A stretch of DNA of 62,483 nt from a virus (Duplodnaviria; Caudoviricetes), in IMG/VR virus record IMGVR_UViG_3300047440_000118, positions 1 to 62,483 of that record, one strand, 5' to 3'. Positions 28,823 to 39,529 of this stretch are shown one piece after another. Under the pieces are notes generated by a model, which worked only from the letters and a program-made list of their open reading frames with translations, did no database searches and was not told where the DNA came from. The translations under genes were made by a program, and so were the position numbers. Position 1 is the stretch's first letter. Every line of letters begins with the position of its first letter.

Positions 28823-31800
28823 CAGGGCTTGCGCCTGGTCTGCCCATCAGGGCCGATGAACTGTGTGCCTGACGGAAGCGCGTTAAACTCCGCGTCGTTG
28901 CTCACACGGGGAACTGTTGGGCCTGACGGCGGCGGCGTTTGTCCCTCCGGTGTCCCAGCGCCGATCGCGCCGCCGAACCCTTGCCGGAACTCCTGGCGAA
29001 CGCCGGTCACGGCCTTTTGGCCGAAGGTGATTTCGGTCATGATCTGCTTCACGGTCGCATCGAACTGGCCTTCGCTCCATGCTATGTCCAGAATGGATTT
29101 CGCCGCCGCCTTATCGCTATCCGTCAGGACGCCAGTCGGGTTCAGGAACTTGGCGTAGACGTAGATCATCGAATTTACCGCCTGGCCGAACAGCACGACC
29201 TCGGGACTGCCGGTGCGCCGTTCGGCGGAAAGCAGGATCGAGTTGAGATCGGGATACTCGGTCCGATCGACGGCCTTTGACCGCTGCACGGCGAGTGGGG
29301 CGAACTGCTCGACTTCCTTCGCGGCGACTTCCATGTTCGCGCTTCGCACGCCGAGCGTCCGTTCCCCCGCCATCGTGCCAGCGAACTCCGCGATCCGGAC
29401 GGCGAGTTCGCGTCCCGAGATACCCTGTTCCTTCGCCCGCATCACGAGATGGTTGGTGACTTTGGTGATGTTGGCCGATGACCGGGCCATGCCGACGGTC
29501 GCGCGCTCATCGCCCGCGAGAACCCGATCAGCGGTGAAGTCCGCGTTTTCGTCCGAGATCACTTCGTTCGCCGCCGACCGTCGCGCGTCAACGCGAAGTT
29601 TCGCCATCTTCTGTTGATCTTCTGTGCTGTCGGTTGGGCCGCGATGCTCCTGTTCGGTGAATGTGGACTCTGCCAGGATTTCCGCGTCACGCTCCTTCGA
29701 TGCGGCGGCGGTCGGCGCCTTGACCAGACGCGCGGCCATCGCGGATTCGATCGCTTTGTCGTGCCGTTCGCGTTCTTCCTGGCGGCGAAGTTCTCGCTCA
29801 TTCGCCGATATCGACCTGTCGGAATCGAGCGCGAGTTTGCGGGTCTGATAGTCCTCGTGAATGTCCGAGACGCGGTTCCCAAGGGTCAAGCGGCCCTCGC
29901 CGAGACCTTCCGTGGCGCGGTTGTGTCTTTCCGTTTCGGCGCGTTGTGCTTCCGCCTTCTGTTGCGATGACAACTGCGCGTTGGCGGCGATTTCATCGCG
30001 GCGCTTGTTGTGCGTGGCGGTCAGTTCGTCGCGGCGGGATGCGTTGCGGTCCCGCGAGGCGATCTGCTTGTCGGCGGTTGTTTCGCGCGACGTGATGCCG
30101 CCCCATCCGCGCTTGTCCTGAAGATCGTGCCATCGGTGGTCTTCCTCGGCCTTCAGGCGGTCTCTTTCCGTCGTCGTGATCAGTCGGTCGGCGGAGATCT
30201 GTTCGAGGTGTTCATTGTGCCGAGCGGCTTCCTTCTGTCGGTCGTCGGTGAGTTGCATCGCCTGGATTTTCAGGTCCGCTTGTTGAGCGTGCCAGTCGGC
30301 GGCGGCCTTGAGGCGATCTTGCGCGATCTGCGCTGCGCTCTTGGTCTTGTCCTGATTCAGAGTCTTCCAGTCGGCGTCGTGCGCCTCCTTGCGCTCCTCC
30401 TCGCGGTCCTTTCGGTCCTGATCGCGGTTTTTGCGGGTCGCCACACCCGGCGCGTCTTCCTTGAACGCAACGATGAAATCCTGGATTTCCTGCGCGGTCG
30501 CCTTCGGGTTCTCGTCCATGAAGCGGCGAAGCGCGATGGCTTGCGCGTTGTCGCTTTTCCCCGCACCGCGAGGATACCCGCCCATCGACGCCCGCTTCTC
30601 GGATTCGATGTCGCCAAGGATCGTTTGCACAACGTCGTTCGCGCGCTTCACACCGGCTTCGGCTTCAGCGATCTTGGCCGGATCGCCTTCGGCTTGCGCG
30701 ACCTGTAGCTGTTCCCTGGCCGCGTCTCGGGTGCCGTTCGCGGCACGCAACTTGAACTCGCGATCGGCGCCGGCCCGCGCTCTCTCAACCTCGATGTGGG
30801 CTTTATCCGCCAGATCGAGTTTGTGTTGAAATTCCAGCGGGTTCATCCGCCACGCCTGCATCTGCGCCTCGTAGTCGTCACCCATCGCCAATGCACGTTG
30901 GAGCAACGCATTTCCAAGGTTGGCATCCTTGGTCATCATCTCCATGGCGTCTTTGATATCGTCGGAATACTGCTTGTGCGCGTCGAGCGCGTAGGTCGTG
31001 TTGTCCTTCCACGCCTTGTAGCTCTGCTGATATTTCGTCCAGTCCTTCTCGCGCGCTCCGTCGATGATACCCGCCATGCCGTTCATCATCGCGATAGCGG
31101 GGGTTTTTGACAGGCCCGCCGCGAGGGCCACGAATATGCTCGCCACGCCGCCGAACGCCTGCAAGGGATCGTTGTCGGGTTGCGGTGGTGGCGGTTCGGG
31201 ATGAAACGGCTTGTAGTCCCTCGCCAAGGCGCGGATGCGATCACGATCCTCGTTCGAAGTCTTCATCAGGTCGTTGAGCATCGTCTCGGCGCGCTGATGG
31301 TTCTGCTGGATGCGATACCAGGCCTCGGGATCTCCACCGGAAGGGGGTTGTCCGCCCGCGCCACCTCGCCGGCCGGGATAGGGGTTGGCGAGGAACTGGC
31401 CAACCGTGAGGTTCGCCACATCCTCATTGCCTCGGCTCATCACGTCCGGCGCGACCCGAGACAGCGGCGTGTTGGGATCGGTTTGGTTCGCCTTCAGCGC
31501 GGCGATGGCACCACCCCCGCCAAGTCGGTGCGCCGCCGCTATGGTCAGGGGCGTGACCGGGACTCCCGCCGCCTGCATCTGTTTGGCGTTGTCATGCGCG
31601 TTCTCGGCGCCAACCACTTCGCTGTAGTTTCGACCCTGGGAATCCTTCGTCCTGACGAGCGCCCATATCTCGGCATTGGTCTTCCCGGCCGCTTCGTTTG
31701 GATGCCACTTTTTGAACGTCGAAACGAACGTCGATTCGATGACCTGATCGAGGCCGCTCGCTGACGAATACGGGTTCTTCGCGTTCGGATCGCCGTGCGC

Positions 31801-32025
31801 CCCTTCGCCGGGCGAGATGATCGCGTGCGCCTGCTGAAACAGAGGATCGCTGTCCCAGGGGTTCGCGGGCGCCTCTGGCGTGGTCGTGGTGGGCCGTTGA
31901 CGAACCGGCACGGCCAACGCGGCGGCGGTCTGGCGAAGGCCTTCAGGCGCGTCCCACGTTCCGCTATCGACGTAGAGATCGCGCGCGACGGCCTTCGGGT
32001 CCGGTGCTTCGAGGGTTTCGCTCAC
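28822..32025 (-). CDS. internal virion/ejection protein with lytic transglycosylase-like domain
   Basis: GEG...NAKNPYSSASGLDQVIESTF lysozyme-fold motif; long charged coiled region with ERHN-like repeats. Confidence 0.7.
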   Translation of the reverse strand: MSETLEAPDPKAVARDLYVDSGTWDAPEGLRQTAAALAVPVRQRPTTTTPEAPANPWDSDPLFQQAHAIISPGEGAHGDPNAKNPYSSASGLDQVIESTFVSTFKKWHPNEAAGKTNAEIWALVRTKDSQGRNYSEVVGAENAHDNAKQMQAAGVPVTPLTIAAAHRLGGGGAIAALKANQTDPNTPLSRVAPDVMSRGNEDVANLTVGQFLANPYPGRRGGAGGQPPSGGDPEAWYRIQQNHQRAETMLNDLMKTSNEDRDRIRALARDYKPFHPEPPPPQPDNDPLQAFGGVASIFVALAAGLSKTPAIAMMNGMAGIIDGAREKDWTKYQQSYKAWKDNTTYALDAHKQYSDDIKDAMEMMTKDANLGNALLQRALAMGDDYEAQMQAWRMNPLEFQHKLDLADKAHIEVERARAGADREFKLRAANGTRDAAREQLQVAQAEGDPAKIAEAEAGVKRANDVVQTILGDIESEKRASMGGYPRGAGKSDNAQAIALRRFMDENPKATAQEIQDFIVAFKEDAPGVATRKNRDQDRKDREEERKEAHDADWKTLNQDKTKSAAQIAQDRLKAAADWHAQQADLKIQAMQLTDDRQKEAARHNEHLEQISADRLITTTERDRLKAEEDHRWHDLQDKRGWGGITSRETTADKQIASRDRNASRRDELTATHNKRRDEIAANAQLSSQQKAEAQRAETERHNRATEGLGEGRLTLGNRVSDIHEDYQTRKLALDSDRSISANERELRRQEERERHDKAIESAMAARLVKAPTAAASKERDAEILAESTFTEQEHRGPTDSTEDQQKMAKLRVDARRSAANEVISDENADFTADRVLAGDERATVGMARSSANITKVTNHLVMRAKEQGISGRELAVRIAEFAGTMAGERTLGVRSANMEVAAKEVEQFAPLAVQRSKAVDRTEYPDLNSILLSAERRTGSPEVVLFGQAVNSMIYVYAKFLNPTGVLTDSDKAAAKSILDIAWSEGQFDATVKQIMTEITFGQKAVTGVRQEFRQGFGGAIGAGTPEGQTPPPSGPTVPRVSNDAEFNALPSGTQFIGPDGQTRRKP

Positions 32026-33659
32026 GCGGCGGCATCCGCTGTCACGGTGCGCGTGTTTGTCAGGCTACCGCCCGACAGCGCGCGGCCGAGATTGCCGATC
32101 GCGGTGTTCACCTGGTTGTTCTGCGCGATGTTGGCGTTGACCAGCGCGCTTGTGGTTTGCGCCGAACCGCCGATGAGCGAGGCGCCGGTCTGTAGGAGCG
32201 TGTTGGATTGGCCGATGAGCGAGTTGTAGAGGTTGCCGGCCAACGTCTCGAAACCCTGGCCCTGTTGCAGCAACGCGAGCGCGATTTGGGTGCCCTGACT
32301 GACGCCGCGCTGCTTCGCCGAGTTGATGTCCTGCGTTTCCGAGGACGATCCCGACATACCGCGCGCCGCGTAGTCGCCGCGTATCTTGGCGATGGCGGCC
32401 TGCGTCGCCTGATCCACCTGTGTCTGAACGCCGGGCGGGAGGGTGCCGTTGTTGATGTAGTCGGTGAGCGTTGTGCCCTGCCGCGCGGCGGTCCCGGCGA
32501 GGTCGGTGGCACCGAGTGCCGGGGCGGTTCGGGCGGCGTTGCCCGCGTCGATGAGGCTCTGGCCCGATTGGCGTTGCTGTTCGGAGATACCCTGAAGCTG
32601 ACTGATGCCGGGAACCTGATTCGGCGCGGCGAGCGATTTCAGCAGCGACCCGCCCGTAAGCGCGATCCCGGCGGCTTGCAGGGGGTTGTTCTCAACGAAG
32701 CTGCCGACCTTACCGGCGGCGGTATCGAGACCGCCACCAATTCGTTGAAGCAGGCTTCGCGGTTCGCCCGGTGGCAACCCGACGTCGGCGACCTCGGCTT
32801 GCACGGAGGGATCGCTTCCCGGCGTGAACGTCGATCCTTGCTGCTGAGCGATCCCGGCGGCGTCTGACTGAGAGATGTCTGGCGATACACCCGCCACCGT
32901 GGATGTCCCGCTATCGGTCGTGCCCGTGAACACGCTGCCAGGCGTGCCTTGTGTGGCCTGAGTGAAGTCCAGGGACTGCCCGCCGCCACCCGCCAACGCC
33001 TCTGGAGGGGTGAACGCGGGCGCGCCCACCGTGGCGCCGGGAACCGCCCCGCCAGCCCCACCGATATCGGCCAACACCGCTGGCGCACCGCTCGCACCCG
33101 ACACGCCACCGCCCAACGCGGGCACATCGAACGTCCCGGCGTCGATCGCACCGCCGCCGCCCGGTGAGCCGAACGTGGCGGGCGTCAGGGAGTCGGAGAA
33201 TGTCGCTCCGGTGCCGCCAAAACCACCGCTGCCGGAGAACTCGCCGAGTGCGCCGAACGCCCCTGCCGTGGCACCGCCCGTCAACGCACCCGTGAACGGA
33301 TCGCTTCCCGTGATGCCCGCGTTGATCGCCCCGGTGCCGGCGCCGATCAGCGCATCCGATCCGATGGCGCCGAGGCCCGTTTGCTCCGCCACCAAACCAC
33401 TGGCGCCACCCAAGCCACCAAGCGCCCCGCCGGATATGCCGCCGGTTAAAGCGCCCAACCCAGGGTCACCGCCAAAAATAGCAGCCTCCCCCGCGCCAAG
33501 CCCGGCGCCGATCCCCGCGCCGACGATGCCACTACCAACCGCCGCGCCGACGCCAAGTTCCGCCCCGACAAAAGCCCCGGCGGCGGCGACTTCGGCGCCG
33601 ACAAAAGCCACAGCGGTAACAACGGCATCGACGGCGAAACCGACCACGGCGAACGGCAT
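32022..33659 (-). CDS. Gly/Ala-rich DNA pilot/ejection protein
   Basis: Hydrophobic Gly-zipper N-terminus; YAARGMSGSS motif near C-terminus. Confidence 0.6.
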   Translation of the reverse strand: MPFAVVGFAVDAVVTAVAFVGAEVAAAGAFVGAELGVGAAVGSGIVGAGIGAGLGAGEAAIFGGDPGLGALTGGISGGALGGLGGASGLVAEQTGLGAIGSDALIGAGTGAINAGITGSDPFTGALTGGATAGAFGALGEFSGSGGFGGTGATFSDSLTPATFGSPGGGGAIDAGTFDVPALGGGVSGASGAPAVLADIGGAGGAVPGATVGAPAFTPPEALAGGGGQSLDFTQATQGTPGSVFTGTTDSGTSTVAGVSPDISQSDAAGIAQQQGSTFTPGSDPSVQAEVADVGLPPGEPRSLLQRIGGGLDTAAGKVGSFVENNPLQAAGIALTGGSLLKSLAAPNQVPGISQLQGISEQQRQSGQSLIDAGNAARTAPALGATDLAGTAARQGTTLTDYINNGTLPPGVQTQVDQATQAAIAKIRGDYAARGMSGSSSETQDINSAKQRGVSQGTQIALALLQQGQGFETLAGNLYNSLIGQSNTLLQTGASLIGGSAQTTSALVNANIAQNNQVNTAIGNLGRALSGGSLTNTRTVTADAAA

Positions 33660-34003
33660 CACACTGTCTCCAAAATAACGTCGTCCACCTTGTCCGCGTC
33701 GTCGCAATCGGTCGGATGGACGCAGAACCATACCGTGCGCGTCACCGCGATCAGCGTGTGTTCGCACCCGGCGGCCACCGTCACGACGGCGGGACCGGTC
33801 AACGTCTCGGACACGCCGTTCGCGGACCACCGCACGGTGCCGCTCGCGAGAATGCTCAGATGATCATAAGCATGAGAGTGCGAGACCAGAACGTATCCTG
33901 GCGGAATGTCGAGTTGTTTGGCGTAGACGCCGTGACCGAAGTCCTGGCCGACGAAGTGATGGCGAACGTGGCCGGCCGGAAATCCCTCTTTGAACGACTT
34001 CAT
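33659..34003 (-). CDS. cupin-domain protein
   Basis: GVYAKQLDIPPG...HSHAYDHLSILASG...GCEH. Confidence 0.8.
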   Translation of the reverse strand: MKSFKEGFPAGHVRHHFVGQDFGHGVYAKQLDIPPGYVLVSHSHAYDHLSILASGTVRWSANGVSETLTGPAVVTVAAGCEHTLIAVTRTVWFCVHPTDCDDADKVDDVILETV

Positions 34004-34551
34004 TCGGACCTCATCGTGACGATCATCGCGATGCGTTCGTCATCGCCGCGATTTTCAACAGAATGCGTGACGCCGTTATCGAACAGCCACGCCTCGCCGG
34101 GCCGCATGGTCACGGTTTCGTCCATGCAATGGTTCAGACAACGCTCGTTGGCCTTGATGATCACGTAGACCTTGCGGTTCAGGAACTCGGGGTGCCAGCC
34201 GCGATCGACGTGGGGGAATATCTCGCACCCGGCCGGAATGCGCGTGAGTAGGATGCCGCCGAGGTAGACAGCATCCACCAGCGACATGACCCGGAACACG
34301 ATGGGTCGCAGCGCCGGCAACTCGTCCCACGCGGGCCAGAACGCGGCGAAGTGCGGCTCGCCATAAGTTTCCGGCGTCGATAGTTCGGAACGGGGGCGAA
34401 ACCGCAGCCAGATGTCGGATGACTGGCGATGCGGCGAGTTCGATGCCGTCGTGCGCTGCGGGTCACGGTCCCAAAGATCGGGGCGGCGCTCAAGCTGCGT
34501 CAACGCCAGATCCGTTGGAAATATCTCATTGAGGCGGCGGAAATACTTCAT
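34000..34551 (-). CDS. aspartyl/asparaginyl beta-hydroxylase-like 2OG-Fe(II) oxygenase
   Basis: IFPHVD (HxD), GEAWLFDNGVTHSVEN...RIAMIV. Confidence 0.85.
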   Translation of the reverse strand: MKYFRRLNEIFPTDLALTQLERRPDLWDRDPQRTTASNSPHRQSSDIWLRFRPRSELSTPETYGEPHFAAFWPAWDELPALRPIVFRVMSLVDAVYLGGILLTRIPAGCEIFPHVDRGWHPEFLNRKVYVIIKANERCLNHCMDETVTMRPGEAWLFDNGVTHSVENRGDDERIAMIVTMRSE

Positions 34552-34895
34552 GCGCCGGGCGGTCCCGCTTGTGGTGGTGCCGCGCCCTGACCGCCGGGAG
34601 GCGGTTGCCCCGCGCCCGGTTGCCCCTGCTGGCCTTTCGGCAGGGCGGCGACGAGTGCCGTGATGCCTTGCCGCAACTGCGCGGCGGCCTGCTCCACAGC
34701 CTGCGGATTGACGCCTGGGATGCGCTTGCACGCCTCCACCAACTGCCCACACGCGACCGCCGCCTGCTGTGCCATCTGGGTCAGCGGATGCTGTCTGGGA
34801 TCGCTCTGGCCGCCCTGGCCGCCTCCCGGAGCGGGTTGACCAGGAGGCCCACCCATCTGCCCAAGCATCGCCGGAGCGCCTCGCATGCCCGACAT
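34548..34895 (-). CDS. Pro/Gly/Gln-rich low-complexity protein
   Basis: Helical core flanked by PGQ-rich tails; AAGGAGG RBS. Confidence 0.6.
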   Translation of the reverse strand: MSGMRGAPAMLGQMGGPPGQPAPGGGQGGQSDPRQHPLTQMAQQAAVACGQLVEACKRIPGVNPQAVEQAAAQLRQGITALVAALPKGQQGQPGAGQPPPGGQGAAPPQAGPPGA

Positions 34896-35426
34896 TCACG
34901 CCTCCTTGCCTGGCTGAAGGTCGGCGTGCCAGGCCCAAACCTCATGCTTGGTGATCTTGCCGATGCGCGCCCGAATGAACGATCGGTCGCAGTCGATGTG
35001 CGACGAAAGCCGCATCACCGTCATCCCGGCCCGCTTCATCCAGGCGAGCATCTGGAAATGCAGTTCCGCGATTTCCTCGGCGTCGGCCTCGCCGTTCTTG
35101 CCGAGCGCGAACCACACCCAACCGTAAGGCGCCCCGGTCATGTTTTCCTGCACGGCGCGGATGGCGGCGATGGCGTTGGCGCTGCGGACGACGTATTCTT
35201 CGTTGCTCACGCAGGCGTGTTGCAGGCGCGTCCGAAGTCCGATGAACGTCGAGTTCGGATAGATGTCCATCAGTCGCGGGATCAGCCATTGTTCCGTATC
35301 CGCGATGTCCGGCTGAAACGCGCGGCTGGTCGGAACTGGCGCTACCTCGCTGAATACCCGCGTGCCGAAGACGTGCGGCTTCTCGACGGGGGTTTCGCTG
35401 GTGATGGGTTCATTCGTTTCACTCAT
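34896..35426 (-). CDS. virion morphogenesis protein, possible GNAT-like fold
   Basis: Position between tail and ejection genes; WMKRAGMTVMRL pattern. Confidence 0.45.
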   Translation of the reverse strand: MSETNEPITSETPVEKPHVFGTRVFSEVAPVPTSRAFQPDIADTEQWLIPRLMDIYPNSTFIGLRTRLQHACVSNEEYVVRSANAIAAIRAVQENMTGAPYGWVWFALGKNGEADAEEIAELHFQMLAWMKRAGMTVMRLSSHIDCDRSFIRARIGKITKHEVWAWHADLQPGKEA

Positions 35427-35773
35427 GCCGATATTCCCAATTTGTCGGACTCCTGGCGGGTCAACTGCGCGTGTGCCTGGAACCACCCTATACGCTGATT
35501 TTCGTCCTCCCAATCGACCTCTTGCAGATTTTGCGAGGCGATGCCGAGGATCGCGTCCAGGTCGTTGTGCATGATCTGGTGATCCGAGAGGAACTGGTCG
35601 ATCGCGTCGGACGAGATCGGATCGAGGATGTATTCGGCCAGGATAATGTTGAACTGGCGCTCGATCTCGACGTTGCAGGAGCGGTGCCACATCATATGCA
35701 TCCGCGACCACATCGCGAGTTGCGCGTCGTCGCCTGGCAGGTTGAAAATGTCCACGACGCTCATGGCGGTCAT
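35423..35773 (-). CDS. His/Trp-rich virion-module hypothetical protein
   Basis: Coupled in structural operon. Confidence 0.6.
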   Translation of the reverse strand: MTAMSVVDIFNLPGDDAQLAMWSRMHMMWHRSCNVEIERQFNIILAEYILDPISSDAIDQFLSDHQIMHNDLDAILGIASQNLQEVDWEDENQRIGWFQAHAQLTRQESDKLGISA

Positions 35774-36504
35774 CCATACATCGAGACAGCGGCGGGACTG
35801 ATGCTTGTGACCAGGCCGATGAACTCGCGCGAGGCACCCGCGAGGATGGTCACCGGCCCGATCATCGTCACGTTGGCACCCGCCAGCACGGTTTGCGTCT
35901 GTCCGGTGGAATTAAAGATCCGGATGCGGAACGTCGAGAACGGGAACGGCGAGACCATCGATGCCAGCATCGCCGCCGCCGTGTCGGTTGTGTCGCTGAA
36001 CGGAGCGCCGGGCGCACCCGTGCGAGCGAGAAGGAACAGTCCGGTGGAAATATCCAGCGAGAGCGTGGTGCCGACGTTCGATCCCAACGCGCCCGCTCTC
36101 CCGGCGGCGAACGGGGCGGCGACGGAATGGATCAGGTGGAAGCCACCCGCGCCACCCGCGAGCGCCGAGTCGTATCCGAGCAGCACGTAATTGCCCGCGA
36201 TCATCTCGCCGCCGATGAGCGGTGACGGCCCGCCCGTGGCGTCCTGGAACACCGCGAGCGCGGCGAGGCCTCCGACCTGTGCCGTCACGGCGCCCGTGTT
36301 GCTGGCGGCGGCGATACCGCCGAACAGCCGGTTGTTGGCGTAGGCGCTGACCGTCGGGGTGTTGACGGCGGGCGTAAGGACGATGGCGTTGGTCCCCGCG
36401 ATCAGGCACGGGATCGCGCCGAGCGCGCCCACGGCGGCGAAGTTGTCATCGAGTTGCTGGCCGGTCGATAACGTCTGCGCGGCGAATTGAGTGGGCAACG
36501 TCAT
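35770..36504 (-). CDS. tail structural protein
   Basis: GGAG RBS; QQLDDNF N-terminal motif typical of fibre anchors. Confidence 0.6.
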   Translation of the reverse strand: MTLPTQFAAQTLSTGQQLDDNFAAVGALGAIPCLIAGTNAIVLTPAVNTPTVSAYANNRLFGGIAAASNTGAVTAQVGGLAALAVFQDATGGPSPLIGGEMIAGNYVLLGYDSALAGGAGGFHLIHSVAAPFAAGRAGALGSNVGTTLSLDISTGLFLLARTGAPGAPFSDTTDTAAAMLASMVSPFPFSTFRIRIFNSTGQTQTVLAGANVTMIGPVTILAGASREFIGLVTSISPAAVSMYG

Positions 36505-36506
36505 GG

Positions 36507-38603
36507 TCAGTATCTCCCGATGACCGGCACGGGGAGCGCCGACAGTGACAGCAAGCCGAGATCGGCCGCCGTGGTTGATACCGTGATGCCGATCAACGCG
36601 CCGCGCTGCGCCACTGATTGCGGCGGGAACACCACGATACTGTTTCCCGTCGAGCGCCACGTCATCGGTGCCAGCACGTTATTCACCCACACCATCGTCG
36701 CGCCCACGTTGTTCACCCAGGTCATGAACGGCGTCGGTGGCGTCACGTCGATGGGTGAATCGCCATACTCGCTGTCAATACTTATGTGCAACGTCACCCC
36801 GGCCGCCGCGTGATACTCGATCACGCCCCACAAACGCGAGACAGCGTTCTCGAACACCTCGCCGCGCGGCATGGACCAGAACTTCGATCGCATGACCTTG
36901 GTGAACGCCTGAGACGGCACCTGGAACAGCGGATAAATCGCGTTGCCATCGGTGCCATAAGCGGTCAGCACCGAATCAATCTCCTGATGCTGCACGTAGA
37001 TCAGATCGATGCCTTGCTGCGTCGAACACCAGCGTTTTTCGTCCCAGATGAACAGCTTATTGACCTGTTGACCGGAAAACGAGTCGATCACCGGGAGCAA
37101 CAGCGCCCATATGCGCCGCCCGAACACGATGGCCTTGGTGGCGGATGGGACTTTGCCCGCGAAGTTGGGCACGCTGCCGTAAATCCCATCCAGATCGCCG
37201 CTGATCTTCCCGGTTCGCCCGCCATACGACACATGCGCGCCCCAGGCGTTGGCGAAGACGATGTTGCTGCCCATGACATCGACGGTGCCGGGCCAAACGG
37301 TGCCGGTTTCCGGGTCCGAGTTCTGGATGGTGAACGTCGTGGTCGGGGGCGCACCCGTCGTCTGCACATTGGCGATGTATTGGATCGAGGAATCGCCGAA
37401 CAAATAGAGGTAGCCGTTGGTGGCGAGTAAGGCGGTGAATTTGGCCCGCAATGACGAGTCGTTCGATGTGAGGTTGCCGCCGCCGTCCGACGTCGCGAAA
37501 TCCACCACGGAACCTGGCGCCGAGAACTCCAGCACGTCACCGTTCACGATCCATACGTGGCCGGAATAGACCTCGACGGAGGTGCCGCTGATGCCGGTCG
37601 GGACCACGCCGCCGCTGACCGTCGTGTTGATCGAGAACCCCGTGCCGCGTCCGGGTTGCGCCCCACCCGTCGCGGTGGCGAGACCTGACTGTGATATGTA
37701 GGCCGTGCCGGGCGCCGTGAGCGTGTAGGTCGCGACCGGCGAGTTGACCGTCAGATCGACCGTGAAGCCCACGCCCACGCCGGGCTGCGCCCCTCCGGTG
37801 GCCGTGGCGATGCCGGCACCGCTATGATAGCCGGTGCCGAAGTTGAGGATCGTGATGCGAATGACCTGGCCGGCGAGTGCCCCGGTGACGATGTAGGTGG
37901 CGTCCCCATTGCCGGTCGTGATCGTCCCGGTATCGTTGAGGACATACCCGGCGCCGCCGGCATTGATCGCGGCGATGGCGATCGGAGCGCCGCCGACGCT
38001 GGTCACGATGTAGGTCGCATCTCCCGTGCCGCCCGTGACGATGCCGGTGTCCCCTACCTCGTAGCCGGAGCCGCCAACCGACAGCGTTGACGACGCGATC
38101 GGGCCGGGGCCGTCGAGACCGGGGATCACCTGGCCTGGCGAGAAGAACGTCGTGCCGTCCCAGATGAAATAACCGTTGGGTTGTTGCGACACGATCAAAA
38201 TGAATTGCGAGCCGTATTGGTTGATGCCAACCGTCGTCACGGATGGGTTCTGGATTTTTCCGGGGAGGGCGATCAGTCCGCTCACAAGGGTCGCGGTGTT
38301 GACGGAAACCACGCTGCCGTCGTTCAGGAAGACGATGCAATAGGGCGTCTGGCCGATGTTGGCGAAGCCGTAGAAGACGATGTGCAATCCGGCCGGAGCG
38401 ACGTAGATCGGCACGCCATGATCGAAGATGATCCGTGCGTTATCGGCGCCGGCCGGGAAAAACCCGTCCATGATCGCGCATTGCGTGTCCTGGATGCCGA
38501 GGCGAGAGGCTTGCGTATTCAGGCCGCTGAACCCGGCGAACACGATTGGACCACCGGACTCGCCGCCTTGCTCCTGTTGGGGTTGCTGCCGACGCCCGCT
38601 CAT
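36507..38603 (-). CDS. tail nozzle/stabilisation protein with inserted Gly/Thr-rich repeats
   Basis: FSGLNT N-terminus, beta-propeller-like composition, position after adaptors; GxGY repeats. Confidence 0.65.
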   Translation of the reverse strand: MSGRRQQPQQEQGGESGGPIVFAGFSGLNTQASRLGIQDTQCAIMDGFFPAGADNARIIFDHGVPIYVAPAGLHIVFYGFANIGQTPYCIVFLNDGSVVSVNTATLVSGLIALPGKIQNPSVTTVGINQYGSQFILIVSQQPNGYFIWDGTTFFSPGQVIPGLDGPGPIASSTLSVGGSGYEVGDTGIVTGGTGDATYIVTSVGGAPIAIAAINAGGAGYVLNDTGTITTGNGDATYIVTGALAGQVIRITILNFGTGYHSGAGIATATGGAQPGVGVGFTVDLTVNSPVATYTLTAPGTAYISQSGLATATGGAQPGRGTGFSINTTVSGGVVPTGISGTSVEVYSGHVWIVNGDVLEFSAPGSVVDFATSDGGGNLTSNDSSLRAKFTALLATNGYLYLFGDSSIQYIANVQTTGAPPTTTFTIQNSDPETGTVWPGTVDVMGSNIVFANAWGAHVSYGGRTGKISGDLDGIYGSVPNFAGKVPSATKAIVFGRRIWALLLPVIDSFSGQQVNKLFIWDEKRWCSTQQGIDLIYVQHQEIDSVLTAYGTDGNAIYPLFQVPSQAFTKVMRSKFWSMPRGEVFENAVSRLWGVIEYHAAAGVTLHISIDSEYGDSPIDVTPPTPFMTWVNNVGATMVWVNNVLAPMTWRSTGNSIVVFPPQSVAQRGALIGITVSTTAADLGLLSLSALPVPVIGRY

Positions 38604-39529
38604 GGGCGGCCGTAGAAGGTTACGACACGGCCCGGCTGCGCGTAGGCACCGAATCGGGTCATCCGCTGGTCAAACAACTGCTCCATGAGGCGCGCGTTGT
38701 TGAACGACTGGATTTCCAGGAAGGCGTTGCGGGCCGCCCAATACGGAATCGCATCGGTCCATGGCTCCGGTATCGCCTCCACGCTGTTGTTCGTGAGCAA
38801 ATCCTGGGGCAGGCACGAACAGTCCCACTCCATGAGGTAGTCCTGGGACGGCGGCGGGAAGAAATAGAACGATCCGCCCGTTCCTCGCCCGAACTGCGCG
38901 CCGAACACCGGGACGTATTGGTAGGAACCGCCCGCGTAGTTGCGAATGAGCGCCTGGTATTGGCTGAACGAATAGACGGCGATGGAGAATCGATAATTCG
39001 AAAACAAAACTGACACGGAACGAACCGTGTAAACGCTACCCACGCCGGGGAACGGCGAGAGATCGAGGTCGGCGAAGTCGTAAACTTCTTTCCCGCGATG
39101 CAGCACGTTCAACCCCGGAACGATCGGATCGGCGGCCGCGCCCGTTCCGGTCGGGTCGTGAATGGTGATCTGGGGTTGGAAATACCCGTGACCGCCGTAG
39201 TCGATGAACACGCTGTCGATCACGCCCGCCGTCTGTGTCGCCGAGCCAATCGCCTGATCGCCGTTGGGGAACGCCCCCGCCCCGGATGGCATGTCAGGCG
39301 GCGAGATCGTCACTGTCGGCGCCGTGTAGCCGGTGCCGCCATTGGTGATGTTCGCCGCCGAGATTGAGCCGCTGATCGGTGTCAGAACGCGGACGCACTG
39401 GCTCCGCATCGCCACTTCGCGGCGGGCATCGTTGATGTCCGAAATCAGATCTTGAGGGTCCACCAACTGCTGGCGCGTATCGTGAATGAGGCGCTGGGTG
39501 CGTTGGAGATAATCGAACAGCGTCGCCAT
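38600..39529 (-). CDS. head-tail adaptor protein (paralog 2, with GxGY insert)
   Basis: YLQRTQRLI...INDARREVA...QFGRG...FFPPP...EAIPEPWTDAIPYWAA. Confidence 0.7.
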   Translation of the reverse strand: MATLFDYLQRTQRLIHDTRQQLVDPQDLISDINDARREVAMRSQCVRVLTPISGSISAANITNGGTGYTAPTVTISPPDMPSGAGAFPNGDQAIGSATQTAGVIDSVFIDYGGHGYFQPQITIHDPTGTGAAADPIVPGLNVLHRGKEVYDFADLDLSPFPGVGSVYTVRSVSVLFSNYRFSIAVYSFSQYQALIRNYAGGSYQYVPVFGAQFGRGTGGSFYFFPPPSQDYLMEWDCSCLPQDLLTNNSVEAIPEPWTDAIPYWAARNAFLEIQSFNNARLMEQLFDQRMTRFGAYAQPGRVVTFYGRP